Source: Macrostomum hystrix
Lineage: Eukaryota > Animalia > Platyhelminthes
DNA: 64,000 nucleotides
Direction: 5' to 3'
NCBI GenBank assembly: GCA_950097015.1
Contig: CATNEN010000039.1
Coordinates: 11,036,001-11,100,000, forward strand
The translations under genes and the position numbers were made by a program. Shown one piece after another: positions 63,731 through 64,000 of this stretch (position 1 is the first letter of the stretch; each line of letters starts with the position of its first letter). The notes beneath the pieces were generated by a model. It searched no databases and was not told the DNA's origin. It saw only the letters and a program-made list of their open reading frames with translations.

Positions 63731-64000
63731 AGTATAAGCTGAACATCAGTGGTACATCATACGACACACTTCCAGTGGATATGTTTTTCTTAGAACTGGG
63801 TCCTTGTCGCAATGTCGGGTTCGGGCTATTAATAACTATAAATGTCATCATTTATGAAGTCCCACAGCTCAATAAGATGTCAAGCACTACTTTAAAAGGC
63901 CTAGATAGAGTACGCGCTTCTACATCCCAATCGTCTTTACTTGGGGGGGGGTAGAATGAAAATGAAATCTGCTCGTGACATTCGTTTTTACTGCCGCAGC

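Overview
Eukaryotic (metazoan) genomic DNA, probably a flatworm: it carries an EF-hand + dynein-light-chain (TAL-family) gene, and the repeat landscape is Macrostomum-like (inference). Roughly a third of the window is about 20 distinct minisatellite arrays, which account for almost all long ORFs in the track. Genes reconstructed by hand from splice sites: (1) a spliced HCN (Ih) channel gene, + strand, about 4040-16191; (2) a small uncharacterised spliced gene, + strand, about 19356-20287; (3) an intronless DEG/ENaC channel, - strand, 20668-22524; (4) a Gab/DOS-type PH-domain adaptor, + strand, 24395-29474; (5) an intronless SERTA/IER-like gene, - strand, 40019-40936; (6) a three-exon TAL-like gene, - strand, 50312-57065. 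Also present: two tRNA-derived SINE families, a TTAA-flanked MITE family and decayed LINE fragments. Main finding: the HCN gene has three tandem, paralogous, exactly 150-nt phase-0/0 exons (8230-8379, 8772-8921, 10399-10548), each encoding the S4-S5 linker, S5 and turret. This looks like a mutually exclusive exon cassette, and the variants differ at residues known to couple the voltage sensor to the gate.
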